Source: Ranitomeya imitator (taxonomy: Eukaryota). From it: a stretch of DNA of 64,000 bases. A program made the translations under genes and the position numbers. The stretch is taken from NCBI RefSeq assembly GCF_032444005.1, contig NC_091283.1, forward strand, positions 61,132,001-61,196,000. Direction: 5' to 3'. The notes under the pieces are model-generated. The model was not told the origin of the DNA and made no database searches. It saw only the letters and a program-made list of their open reading frames with translations. Shown one piece after another: positions 1 to 12,567 of this stretch; within the stretch, counting starts at the first letter, position 1; every line of letters begins with the position of its first letter.

Positions 1-1364
1 CCAGTTTTGTGGGGGGTCTGAATGTAAGCTCCGATGGGACCACTCGACGGGCCAGAACACACCCTAGTGGTGACAGCCACTGATTACAGGTTTTGTGACG
101 GTACCCACAGTCATGTAATGAAGCCTCACCGTCCTTACCGCAAATGTCTCACTTGACTGTTGATTTCTACTTTTTTTTGTTAATGAGACTGAATGAGAAA
201 AGTTTAATGATTTTATCATGTGACGTTCTCCGACATTTGATTTTGTCAAGAACGTAAAAGGAAACACCGACACTATATACAAAGGAAGTAAAGAAAAAAG
301 AGAATATTCAATACCATGGCTATTATGGCTGCTCTACATAAAGAAGAATGAATCGTGGAGAGGGCGCACGTTTCTTCGTTTTATAATTCTGACATTGTGC
401 ATGACGTTACTGAAAAGTTACCATATTCCAAAACTCTACTCGTGTATGGAAACGCCATTTCTGCCTTCTGGAAAATACTGCTATATCCCCAATTAGTGGA
501 GGATGATGAGAGTCCAGTTTCTTTCACTGGATGGTCATCATAGATGAGTAAGGGGCATCCTGCATTATACAATAAAACAAAAACATAACGATAAATAAAC
601 ATTCAAATAAACAAGACCACGGTCGATAATTGTATTAAAGGGTTATTCCCATCTTCACAGATGGAGAATTGTGGATACGTCTTGTAAATACACTTTTACA
701 ATTTACGGCTTATTAAAATTTGCAGCCACTTGTTTATAACTTGTTGCCTAGGAAACCGACCACAGCTGCTTTACAGCTTATAAGCACTGTGCTAAAACTG
801 GGCGGTATTCGGAGGTAATCGCACCCTCCAGCTATCCTGGACAGCTTCAAAACAGGGCTTACAAGCGCCATATACACAAGCTTTTAAGTACCGCTCATAT
901 TTTGCTGTATAGCAGTGGTGGTCGGTCTCCAGGGCAACATGTTGTAAACAGTGTTAATCTCTCAAGAACAGCTGAAAATTTTAATAAGCAGTAAATTGCT
1001 TGTATTTAGAAGCGCTACCTGACGATACCCATTTATGAAGAAACAGGCAATCCCTGCATGTGTTGCTGCTGTCGAACAGCCGCGGTGACTCGAACATTTT
1101 TTTTTGAGCACGCTGAAGACACTTAGCACCCGAGCATGTTCAATCATCACTACTTGTGATATCTAAAGAGACCCCAGTTTTTTTGCCATGTCAATCCCTG
1201 CACCATCTTCCTAAGGTCCATAAGGAGGAAGAGAACGTTTTCTTTCCTTCTGCCACGCAGCGCACCACGTGTGTACAGCCACCGTAGCACTTCAGGGTAA
1301 GTTAGTCTCAAGGTCTTCACAGCAGTAGATGTGACAGATCTTCGCTCAGCAAGTGGTTCCACAC

Positions 1365-2128
1365 TCAAGGTACGCTCAGTTTCTCGATTCCATGAGTTCG
1401 AAGGTGGAAGTTTAGGTACGACCACTTTGTAAAGCATTTTTTACACTCGGGACACGTGAAGAGCTTATCTGCGGAGTGTGTCCTTTGGTGTGTCACCATG
1501 TGCGAACTCTGGGTGAAGCGTTTACCGCACTTGGGACAAGCGAACGGCTTCTCCCCCGTGTGCGTTCTGTAATGTGTGGCCATATTTGATCTCCGACTAA
1601 ATCTCTTCCCGCAGTCAGGGCAGGCGTACGGCTTTTCTCCCGTATGAGTCTTAAGATGCATTCCCAAGTGAGATCTTTTGGCAAATCGCTTGTCGCAGTG
1701 GCTGCAAGCATACGGCTTATCTACTAAAGACGAGTGGCCGTGTGTCATCTGGTGGATGAGAAGGTTGTTCATAGTCTCAAACAACTGACTTGGCTCCTCA
1801 CAAACACGTCCAGGATTATGGTCGCCGTACGCCGGTTCTTCATCGTACATGTAGTTATATTCGTTGGTTTCTTCTTTAATATGCGGATGTTCTACTGGTG
1901 TGAAATTGGCGTCGCCAGCATATCTACTGTAGGCCGTCCATGCCTGCTCTTCACATTGCTCCGATGTAGACATGTATGCCAGGCTGTCCATAGCATGCCT
2001 CGGGGATGCAATCGGAAAATTCTCTCCGCTGTCCTCTATCTGAGAGCCGTGAAACGAAGTTGCGTGATGTTTTGCTATGTTACTAGATGATGAAGACAAC
2101 GTGAAGGAGTCTTCTTGCAGATCTTCCT
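1365..2128 (-). CDS. terminal coding exon: four C2H2 zinc fingers
   Basis: Four C-x2-C...H-x3-H fingers with TGEKP linkers in ORF 1365..2171. Acceptor gtctttacag at 2129-2130, phase 1 compatible with exon 5. Summed exons give 1671 nt = 556 aa + stop. Confidence 0.9.
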
Positions 2129-3421
2129 CTGTAAAGACCACAAGACAGAATATAAAAATAATGCTTAACATGACTTTATTCTAACCCTTCTAGGACACAG
2201 ATGTTTAGAGTCCTAGAAGGGTCCAAGAGTCATAGTTATTTAATTTTTTAGTTAACCCCTTTACAACAGCAGCTCAAGGTCTCCTAAAAATGCAAAATTG
2301 CACCTGCTTTAGAGGTTTAAATGGGCCCCCTCAACTCTTGGGCCCCTGTGCCGCTGCACAGGTTGCACCAATGATATGTCCTCCCATGCTCACGCGACAA
2401 TATTGATGGAAAAATAAAAAACAGTTATTGCTCTGGGAAGAAGGGGAGCAAAAATTAAAGATGGCCTGGGGATGAAGGGGTTAACGTAGACGTAGTGTTT
2501 TTGTTTTTTTCCCCAAGAATGTTGGATTTTTAGTAGTACAATTTTTGGGTTCGGATTTGGCAGCTATGGGTTCCATTGTTAGGCCCCCAGGTGCCATGAC
2601 AACTTCAGAACCCCTGCAATTTGATAACAGTACGGCCAAAGGGCTGACAGAGGTAACTCCCTTCCTCTGTTTAGCCAACAGAAATTGCTGTATCTAGGGG
2701 ATTAAACTTCTGGGATGTAAGTAATACCCTCCCAATCTGCATGATGGATGTGGCCATAATGGTAATTGGGCCAGATGTGTCCACACTGTGGACTTATACT
2801 GGAGCCGGCTACACATTGCATGCATTGTGCACTGGCTGTAACATGGCTGTGTGTGGTTGGTGATGTACATAGACAGCACATGGTCTGATTATACACTAGC
2901 GTTTCATAAGAACATATACATATATGGATGGTAAATGATGCTGGAGAGCCATTTTCAGGGAATGATCACATTTTTCACAGCGTATCGTGGTAGCAACACT
3001 GCTGAGGACATACTGCATAAAAAGTCTGCAAAAGAAATTGACTTCAAGGGAACCTGTCACCCCAAAAATCGAAGATGAGCTGCGGCCACAGGCATCAGGG
3101 GTTTATCTACAGCATTCTGTAATGCTGTAGATAAGCACCCAATGTATCCTAAAAGATGAGAAAATGGTAATTAGACCTACCGGTAATTGTGTTTCCAGGA
3201 ATCCATCCTGACAGCACCACGGAGGTCGTCCTCCTTATCCATAGTGGGACAGGAAACCACGAGAGTACAAAAGGACCCTCTCCCCCTACCACCCATCAGT
3301 GATTTTCCAAAGTACCACATCTGGAGGGATGCAAAAAGGAATAGTTTATTTAAATAACAAAACAAGATACAAATGTTACATCACAGTTTTTAATGATTTA
3401 GTATAGGGAGGGAAACTAATA

Positions 3422-3514
3422 GTGCTGTCAGGATGGATTCCTGGAAATACAATTACCGGTAGGTCTAATTACCGTTTTCCAGGTCATCCTCCTGACAGGC
3501 CATGGAGAAGTACC
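3422..3514 (-). other. DIRS internal complementary region (ICR)
   Basis: 3422-3473 is the reverse complement of the element terminus 3166-3217 (52 nt, 1 mismatch). 3475-3514 is an ITR-like sequence predicting the other terminus. Confidence 0.85.
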
Positions 3515-3532
3515 AAAGGAGACTGGTTCTAA

Positions 3533-3728
3533 GGCCGGAGTCACACTACAGAGAGATACGGCCGAGTCTCGCTAGTTAAAACCAAGCTCTGGCACCGGCA
3601 CTCCGGAGCGGAGCGTGCGGCCGCACAGCAATACATGGAGCTGCACGCTCCGCTCCGGAGTGCCGGTGCCAGAGCTTGGTTTTAACCAGCGAGACTCGGC
3701 CGTATCTCGCTGTAGTGCGACTCCGGCC
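3533..3728. mobile_element. Harbinger-like MITE inside the DIRS 3' end
   Basis: Near-perfect hairpin with ggccggagtc(a/g)cacta TIRs and taa/tta flanks. Confidence 0.75.
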
Positions 3729-4760
3729 TTACGGTGGGACTACTGCTTGGAGTAACTTGCTGCCAAACCCTAGTTGTGTCGACATTACATCTAGTTTATA
3801 ATGTTTAGAAAAGGTACTGAGATTAGACCAGGACGCGGCTTTGCAAATTTGATCTGCTGAAGCCTCCCCCCCTCTCTGCTCATGAGGCTGACATTGACCT
3901 GGACGAATGTGCTTTGATACTGCCTGGGAGATTCTTTCCCTGAGCTTTATAGGCAGAAATAATTGTGGATCTAATCCACCTCGCGATAGTAGATTTAGAC
4001 GCCTTTCTACCTTTGTTTGGGCCTCTAAATTGAACAAAAAGATTATTATTTTGCCTCCAGGGTGCAGTTACTTCTAGGTATTTAAGGACCGTTTCTCTAA
4101 CGTCCAGGTTATGGTAGAGAGTTTCTTTTTGATTTTTAGGCGATTGGAAAAAAAGAGGGGAGTATGACCTCCTGATTCATATTGGAATTCGAGACCACTT
4201 TCGGGAGAAAGGCTGGATCAAGTTTCAAAACTAACCTGTCATTAAAGACCTGCAAATAAGGATCCTGGATAGAAAGAGCCTGGAGCTCACCCAGTCTTCG
4301 CCGAAGTGATGGCTACAAGGAAAGCAGTTTTTAGGGACAATTTACTAATAACTAGTTCGCTTCCTAAATCATACGGGTGTCTGCATAGTTCGTTAAGGAC
4401 TAAATTTAGGTCCCATGGTGGGACAGTTTTCCTTATCAATAGTTTTAACCTTGCAACTGCTCTGGAAAACCGACTTATCCAGGGGTGGGATGATAAGGTA
4501 GAGTCATAGAAGACACTAAGGGCCGCCACTTGTACCCTTAAGGTACTGGGTCTAAGACCTGCTCTAAAATCTGATTACAAGAAGTCAAGGATTTTGGGAA
4601 TATCAGGGTTGTCAGTATCAACTGTTGCCTCTCCGCAACAGCTGCAGAATTTTTTCAAAATTTTAGTATAGATGGAAGAAGCTACTGGCTTCCTACTTGA
4701 TTGTAGTGTGGAAATAACTTCATCCGACAAGCCCTTTGCTTTCAGGACCTGGCGTTCAGG
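3729..4760 (-). pseudogene. DIRS tyrosine recombinase
   Basis: SAM-like N-terminus (GLSDEVISTL...ILDFL), PPWDLNLVL, LKTAFLVAITSA and ICKAASWSNLSTFSKHY. Frameshifted. Confidence 0.85.
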
Positions 4761-6590
4761 ATCCAGGCTGATAACCAAAGAATTTCTGGATTCTGGGGAA
4801 AAATAGGTCCCTGATAGAGAAGGTCTCTTCTTCGGGGAAGAAAAACGGGTTTCTCCTTTGACATTTTCTTTAGTAAGGGGAACCAACTTCTCCTCGGCCA
4901 GAACAGTACTACAAGTACTTGGTATTAATGAAAGAGGAAGGAATGCGTATAACAGGCCTCTGCTCCATGACTGGGAAAAGGCATCGATCCCGTCCGGGTT
5001 CTCTTGAGGGTTCAGTGAGTAAAAGGTGCTGACCTTTACATTCTGTCTGGCTGCAAAGAGGTCTATGTCTGGATTTCCCCAACGATGGCATAAGTCTCTG
5101 AATACTTTGTTGTTTAGTTCCCATTCCGTCGATAAGACTGTCTTCTTGCTTAGGAAGTCCGCCACCTGGTTTCTGGTACCTTCTAGATGTACCGCCGAGA
5201 TTGAGAGTACTCTTTTCTCTGCCCATCTGAAGATTCGCTCTGCCAGCTGCTGCAAAGCCAAGTGTCTCAGACCCCCTTGATGACGAAGAAAGGCTACTGC
5301 TGTTGTGTTGTCCGATAGTACTTTCACATGTTTGTTTCTTACACAGGACTGGGCGGAGGACAGAACTTTCCAGACTGCGAGCAGCTCTGTAATTCGAGGA
5401 TTCCCTGCTGTCTTTCAGGCTCCACTGACCCTGGTAATACCTTTCCTGGATATGTCCTCCCCAGCCTTGCTGACTTGCGTCCGTGGTGATTATGACTTCG
5501 GGAGAATGAATCCAAGCAACTCCCTTTTGCAGGTTCTTGGGATTTGTCCACCAGTGTAAGGATGTCTTTACTCGAGGTGACAGATGTATTACCTTGTCCA
5601 ATGACCCCCGTCTTCGGTCCCAGGATGCGAGGATCGCTTGCTGAAGTTGTTGAGAGTGAAACGGACTCCAAGTTACGCAGGCAGTCATCCGCCCCAGGAC
5701 CTTCATGGCTTCCCTGATGGATACTCTGTTTTTTTGTGAACTGACGAACTATGTTTACTATGCCGCACAATTTCCCTCCTGGTAAAAAGGACATTTTTAC
5801 ACTTGAGTCTAGTATGACTCCGAGAAATTTTATTCTCTGTTTGGGTACTAGATCGGATTTTGAGCAATTTACGATCCACCCCAAATTCTGCAGTGTGGAG
5901 ATCTAAGACTGACAGTTGGTCCTGAGCTCATTTACCGTATCCGCTATTACTAGAAAGTCGTCCAGGTAAGGGACAACAATGATGTCCTGATTTCTTAGGT
6001 AGGCCACTACCTCTATCATAATTTTTGTAAAAATCCTTAGGGCTGAGGCTAGGCCAAACGGTAGGCAGCAAAACTGATAGTGGAAGATCCTGCCTTCCTT
6101 CTCTTCTGCAAACCTGAGGTATTTTTGGTGGCCTGGGTACATTGGGACATGATAGTACACACTCTTTAAATCTAGAGTACACATTACCACTCCTTTCCCT
6201 AAGAGGGGAATCGTGGATCTTATAGATTCCATTTTGAACCGCTTGTATTTTACCCATGTGTTTAGATGTTTGAGGTTTATGATTGTTCTTGATTCTACGG
6301 AGGGCTTTATTATGGAAAAAAGACTTGAATAAAAACCCTGTCCTATTTCCTAGGGAGGCACCGGAACGATTGCAGCTGTCTTTAGGAGGTCCTGAATGTC
6401 TACCCACCTGGGAGAGGTTGAGACGAGGTGGGAGCTGGATATTAGACATTTTTGTGGGGTGACGAGGAGAACTCTATTTTGTATCCCTGGGAGATCAGTG
6501 GCAGGACCCACGGGCTTGTGGTAATCTCCTGCCAACCCCCCAGGAACCTGGTTAGGTGCCCCCCTACTCTGGTGGCATCATTTCCTGTGG
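4760..6590 (-). pseudogene. DIRS reverse transcriptase / RNase H / methyltransferase-like
   Basis: VGGHLTRFLGGW, LDLKSVYYHVP, LPFGLASA, YLDDFLV, ITTDASQQGWGG, SDNTTAVA, DIDLFA and LYAFLP spread over ORFs 6442..6648, 5903..6232, 5339..5884, 4909..5706 and 4575..5327. Confidence 0.88.
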
Positions 6591-7830
6591 TATCCCGAAG
6601 TTGAACCTGAAAAGGTGGACTCTTTACCTTTGGTTCTAGTATCCCCACCTTTTGGATAGCTCCACCTCCCTTGTTTCCCTTTCCCCCTATAGTCAGTTCT
6701 CTGGGTAAAACGGGGCCTACGAAAGGGCTGACATTTTTTTGCGTTTCTCTTCCGGAAACCCCTTTTTATCATCTGAGGCCTTCTCTAAAATGTCGTCAAG
6801 AACTGGCCCAAATACTCTTCCACCTGAAAATGGGATATCACAAAGCTTATTTTTGGAATGCATATCCCTTGACCAGTTTTTGAGCCAGATGGCTCTTCTA
6901 GCTGCATTTGACAAGGATTGACTCCTGGCCGTGAACCTCACCGATTCTGCAGAGGCGTCTGCAAGAAAATCGGTTGCCATTTTTAGAAGGGGTAGGGATT
7001 TCAATATAGTCTCTCTAGGGGTTTTGGATGATAGTTGATCTACCAAATCATCTACCCATAAGTGCACAGATCGCGCCATTGATGTTGCCGCTATATTTGC
7101 ACATATCACAGCCGCCGAACTCTCCCAGGCTCTTTTTAAGAGACTGTCTGCCTTCCTATCCATAGGCTCCTTTAGGTTAGAGAAGTCTTCAAAGGGAATG
7201 GTGGCTCTCTTGGAGACTCTGGCTAAAGGAATGTCTATTTTGAGAATGTCCTCCCAGTCTTTGACCTCCTCTGAATCAAAAGGAAGACGAAGTTTCAAGT
7301 CTTTGGGAATAGTCAGACGTTTCTCTGCCTCCTCCCATTCTTCCAGAATCATAGATCGAATATGAGGGTTCACAGGGAAAACTTTTGAGGTTTGAGTACG
7401 TAACCCGCCAAACATTTCATCCTGTTGAGCAAGATGTTGGAGGTTCCTCAATCTGCATGGTGCATCTCACTGCACCTAGTAGCTCGTCCGAGTCCACAGA
7501 ACAGGATAAATACCTCTTCCCTCTTTCTGGAGGATCTCTATACTCATCCTCCTCCAGATCAGACTCGGACAAAGCCCCCTCAAAAGAGGAGACCGAATCG
7601 CTCATCCTTTTCCTGGATAGGCTTTCAGGCTGCGTGGTTTGAGGAACAACAAGGCCAGAAACCGACGCCTGCACCTCCTCTCTGATAATAGCCCTCATAT
7701 TTGACATATAGAGGCTTGTTCTTTCCCCACAATGCGATTAGTGCATGTCTCACAAAGGAGTTTTTGCCATGAATCCTTCAGCCTTATGGTGCAAATAGGA
7801 CACTTCCTATATTCCCCGATTTTTTAAATT
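6578..7830 (-). pseudogene. DIRS ORF1 (gag-like, LAP2alpha-type C-terminal domain)
   Basis: ORFs 7417..7707 and 6717..7451 (EEW...PFD...DIPLARV...KEPMDRKAD...AARRAIWLKNW...PFSGGRVFG). N-terminal CPIC..LCETC relic at ~7745-7810. Frameshifted. Confidence 0.8.
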
Positions 7831-10702
7831 TTTGTCCGAAGAAGTAGAGGTGCCCTATAAAACAGAAGTAACCCTGTTTTGGGAAGCTGCACACTGGTGG
7901 GTGGTGGGGATTAAGTGATAACCCATTTCCATGGTACTCACATGCACCTGGCTCTCCGTCTCCAACCTAGCGATATCCTCCATATTGTACGGAATGCTCC
8001 CTGCTCAGCGGAGACGTCGCACCCTAAACCCCTTTATCTTATATCCACAGCGTCATCCGTTGGAGCGCCTCAGCCACGCTCACAGACTTGCCCCGGAAAC
8101 AGCTCCAGTGAGGACGAGATGCCGCCCTGCCCACCGCAACCCGGAAGTGACTACGCCCGGTTGTAGTGTGCGGTGTCTCAGCAATGGCCACTGGTACACT
8201 TCACTCCGGGGCCACATGATGACACCTTCAACCCTCAGAGGTGGCCCCAGACCAGGGAATACTCCGGGCGGCGTGCATGGTCGAGAGCCCTTTTCAGGAG
8301 GATGCGACCGGATATCCCAGGAGCAGCGCTGCACTGGGTAAGCTGAGGGACCCTGTGTCGGGTTTCAGCATACGGCGGTCTTGGTCGAGGTAGGAAGGGT
8401 AACAAGGGCCAAGACCTCCCAATCCACACCCTCCGAACGGAGCATGTCGGCGTTACTCTCGTTGTTCCTATCCACAGTGGGACAGGAAAATCACTTATGG
8501 GTGGTAGGGGGAGGGTCCTTTTGTACGCTCGTGGTTTCCTGTGCTGAAGATCCACAGTCCTGTGCCCCCCGGAGACTGGCTGCCTGGTCCTACAGACCGG
8601 GAGATGCAGGGTTAATCTACAGCAGAAAATGGCTGCTGAGAAGGAGAGGAAGGAGAAGGGGGCGGAGAGCTGGAAAAAGGCGGCAAGGCTGTGTAAAAAC
8701 GCGCCCTTTCTGTCTCGATCCACCCCCTTTATGACACTATAGAGTGTCATATTTGTCATCCGGGGGGCGGAGAGGAGGCGGCGGCTTCAGCTAGGCCGAA
8801 GCCGGGGCCTAAATTAGATGCCTGAGGCCCAGAAGGGCTCCAGGCCAGAGCGAAAGTCCGGGAGGGGGTCGGATCTGAACCGGACCCCCCCAGATTTAAA
8901 GGCAGGATGGCGGTGGGGCTAGAAGCGGAAGGGGGGCCCTGTGAGGGGTCCCCCTAAGGCAGTATAGAGCTGGTGCTGCCGCAGATACAGGGCTCAGGGA
9001 GCCCTGTGTCTGTATGTGCCATGCCTGCCTGCACTCCCCCCGGCCCCAACAGGAGCCCGCAGCTGGGCTGGGGTCCCTGCATGCAGGCGCAGTGTGCTGG
9101 CCCATTGCTGGGAGCTGCAGAATGCTGCCTGTACAGGCCCTACCTGAGGCGTCTCAACCTAATGCCCCCAGAGGGGGAATAGGGAGGGTGCTGCTGTCAC
9201 CATCAGGGGGTTTTGTCCTCACCTCGACCTCAACCCAGAAACCAAAAGGAATTGGGGAAGGAGGGGGGTCTCGACTTCGAACCAGCACCCGAGGGACTGG
9301 AGAAGGAGTGACATGGGGAATAGCTATCTCTACTTCAACTGGGCACCCCGTAATAGGGGGCCGAGGAAGGAGCCATGCCGGGAGTCTCACAGGAGACCCT
9401 CTTTTCTTCATCTGTAATCCCGTCGGAAAAAACGGAGTAAAAAAAATCTTTAAGTGTGCCTCCTATGCGACACTAAGCAAAAACTGGAGAAGGCTGACGC
9501 CGTCCAGGGGTGTATACTGCAGAGGAGGAGCCACGGTTAATCTTTTTCAGATTATGCATAGTGTCGCCTCCTAGTGGACAGCAGCATAACACCCATGGTC
9601 CTGTGTCCCCCAATGAGGCGACAGAGTAAGAGGTTAGATTATACTCACCCAGGGGCGGTCCCGTCCGATGGGCGTCGCGGTCCAGCCCGGGGCCTCCCAT
9701 CTTCTTACGATGACGTCCTCTTCTTGTATTCACGCTGCGGCTCCGGCGTACTTTGTCTGCCCTGTAAGCACTGCAGTGCGCAGGTGCTGGGCCTCTCTGA
9801 CCTTTACCGGCGCCTGCGAAGTGCAGTACTTTTCTCTGCCCTCAACAGGACACACAAAGTACGCCTGTGCCGGAGCGTGAATGCAAGAAGAGGACGTCAT
9901 CGTAAGAAGATAGGAGGCCCCGAACCGGACCACGACACCCATCGGACTGGACCGCAGCAGGACCGCCCCTGGGTGAGTATAATCTAACCTCTTTTTCTCA
10001 TCTTTTAGGATACATCGGCTGCTTATCTACAGCATTACAGAATGCTGTGGATAGACCCCTGATGCCGGTGGCCGCAGCTCATCTTCGATTTTTGGGGTGA
10101 CAGGTTCCCTTTAAGGTGCGTATTATCAGTCCTCAGAATGTGAATTTATGCAGTGCCCGGGCAAAGTACAATGAGTATCTACGGAGTTTACACAATACTC
10201 TTAATGGTTTACCTGTGCAGGAGGCTTCATGGACAACGGAGGTTTCCCAGGCATTTAACACATATGTCTCCTCTGTTGCTTGATCAACCGGTAACGAGTC
10301 TGTGCTGAACTCACCTATATAAACCAACAAACCAGAGAATGAGCCAACAGGACCTAGAAATGCTCGCTTACAAGACACAGGCTGAGCCCTGTCCACACAC
10401 CGCTGCTGTTTGGCCACTACTGTAAATCTCTGACAGTGGATTTAAAGTGGGTCAATTTAATCATGTTAACATTTTGGTACCCTTCCCCCCCCCACCACCT
10501 TTCTGTTTTCAGACCAAAAAGAAGAAATAAAAATATATATATTTTTTTTTTATTAACCATTATGGCAAATGCTTTAAAGATAACAAAAAAAAGCCAGAAT
10601 TGCCATTTTTGGTCACTTCAACTCTCTCCCCAAAAATAATAAAACATAAGGCAATGAAAACATGGTATGTACACCAAAATGTCAAAGATTACAGCTCACT
10701 AC

Positions 10703-10958
10703 TAGTGATGAGCGAATGTGCTCGGATAAGGTGTTATCTGAGCATGCTACGGTGCTAAGAGTGTCTTCTGCGTCCTCGAAAAATATATTCGAGTCCCCAC
10801 GGCTGCATGTCTTGCGGCTGTAAGGCAATCCCTGCATGTGTTGTGGAACAGCCGCGAGACATGCATTCAAACACAGTATTCGAGCACGCTGATGACACAC
10901 TGTTAGCACCCGAGCATGCTCAGATAACACCTTATCCAAGCACATTCGCTCATCACTA
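10703..10958. mobile_element. hAT-type MITE (tagtgatgagcg family)
   Basis: TIRs tagtgatgagcg/cgctcatcacta and exact 8-bp TSD ctcactac. Other copies at ~960-1152, 22962-23233, 29605-29887, 54379-54669, 57825-58066 and 62595-62884. Confidence 0.85.
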
Positions 10959-11624
10959 CTCACTACGCAAAAAACAAGCTGCACCAAGATCAATCAACAG
11001 AAGAAGGAAAAAAGTTGCAGATCTCCGAAAACTGCAATGATTATTCACCATGGCACTTATGTTGCATCTCAAGGTGTTCCATCTTTCTTTGGTTTCTTGT
11101 TATATTCCCATATTTTCATGACTTTTGATTTCTTATTAACTTGAGATGCAACGATGCATGTGCTCTGGTTAATTGTGATTGTTATTACTCGGAAGGATTC
11201 TTTACCTAAGAGCACTGAAACACCCCGCCCAGGGTACCGACCGAAAATCTTGGAAGGTTATTGGCTCACAAAATGGCATCACAAATTAATCACATTTTTT
11301 CTTTTTTTTATAAAGTTCTGGGTTTTTAATTAGCCACTAACATAGAATAAAAAAATATATATACAAGTTTGGCATCAACATTTCCCCACAATTGGAATTT
11401 TTTGTCCTGTTTTTCAGAATACTATATGGTGCGTGAATGAATGGTGTCATTCAAAACTGCAACAAGAAATGCAGAAAAAAAAGAAACCCCAATATGGCTA
11501 TGTTGCCGAAAAAAAAAAAAAAAAAAAAAGAGAGAGCAAAAATGAAAAATTGCATGGCCAGGTAGGGATAGGCCAGTGTAAGATTATAGGTAACTGGCAA
11601 GTACATACAGCAATAATCACTCAC

Positions 11625-11738
11625 CTGCGTAGACATCTGTTGAGACATCCACCTGTTCGATTTCAGCTCTGCTTTCACTGTCGTCTTCTTCTTCTTCCTC
11701 AGTGACCACCACAGCCTTTACATCTTCAGTGCAAATCT
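11625..11738 (-). CDS. coding exon 5: acidic linker (EICTEDVKAVVVTEEEEDDSESRAEIEQVDVSTDVYA)
   Basis: Acceptor ttttatcaacag, donor CAG|GTGAGT, 114 nt, phase 1->1, open. Confidence 0.82.
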
Positions 11739-11779
11739 CTGTTGATAAAAAAAATATATATCTGATCAATTATACCAAA

Positions 11780-11852
11780 CTAGATGGTGGCCCGATTCTA
11801 ACGCATCGGGTATTCTAGAATATGCATGTCCACGTAGTTTATTGCCCAGCCA
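11780..11852 (-). mobile_element. Helitron-like 3' terminus
   Basis: On the minus strand, the hairpin cccgatgcgttagaatcggg is followed 7 nt later by terminal CTAG and then T. Confidence 0.55.
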
Positions 11853-11972
11853 AATGGAATATATATCTTCCCTGTTTTGCATAATTGATCAGCTATCCCT
11901 TTTATACTTCTCCATTATTGCAGATTAGATGAATAAATGCCGGAACTTTTAAAAAGTTTGGCCAAGCCTTAC

Positions 11973-12111
11973 CTGGTTCTTCTGGCGGAGGAGTACTGGA
12001 TCTCTGATGGTTCTCCATCACCACCTTCTGGTACAGGTCTCTGTGCTCTTCTATATAGTCCCACTCCTCCATAGTAAAATAGACGGAGACATCACCACAT
12101 TTTATAGGAAC
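11973..12111 (-). CDS. coding exon 4: KRAB-A-like domain ([34 protein letters not shown])
   Basis: DVSVYF.MEEW..L...DLY..V.MEN KRAB-A pattern. Acceptor ccatttcag, donor CAG|GTAAGG, 139 nt, phase 0->1. Confidence 0.9.
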
Positions 12112-12567
12112 CTGAAATGGGAAAAAAAAAACAATGGATGTTGTGCTTGCTAAAAGGTACCTTCCCACTGAACAACTTAACAACGATAACGATAGCGATC
12201 CGTGACGTTGCAGCGTCCTGGATAGCGATCTCGTTGTGTTTGACACGCAGCAGCGATCTGGATCCTGCTGTGACATCGCTGGTCGGAGCTAGAAGGCCAG
12301 AACTTTATTTCGTCGCTGGATCACTCGCTGACATCGCTGAATCGGCGTGTGTGACGACGATCCAGCGATGTCTTCACTGGTAACCAGGGTAAATATTGGG
12401 TTACTAAGCGCAGGGCCGCGCTTAGTAACCCAATATTTACCCTTGCTACCATTGTAAAAAAAAAACAAACACTACATACTTACATTCCGGTGTCTGTCAC
12501 GTCCCTCGCCGTCAGCTTCCCGCACTGACTGTGAGCGCCGGCCGTAAAGCACAGCGGTGACGTCACC

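Larger units (their letters stand above)
3165..9628 (-). mobile_element. DIRS-type tyrosine-recombinase retrotransposon, degenerate and composite
   Basis: Frameshifted gag, RT/RNaseH/MT and YR ORFs, ICR and terminal ITR. Removing 3165-9628 exactly restores the host MITE arm (aaaagatgagaaaa|agaggttag) with no TSD. Confidence 0.92.
3047..10110. mobile_element. palindromic TTAA-type MITE (agggaacctgtca TIRs) split by the DIRS insertion
   Basis: Left arm 3047-3164 and continuation 9629-10110 are mutually inverted. Flanks ttca/ttaa. Confidence 0.8.

Noticed and set aside
300-602. ORFs 355..543 (+) and 381..602 (-) in unique-looking sequence
   Set aside because: No recognisable domain. Could be an exon of a neighbouring gene but cannot be supported without a search.
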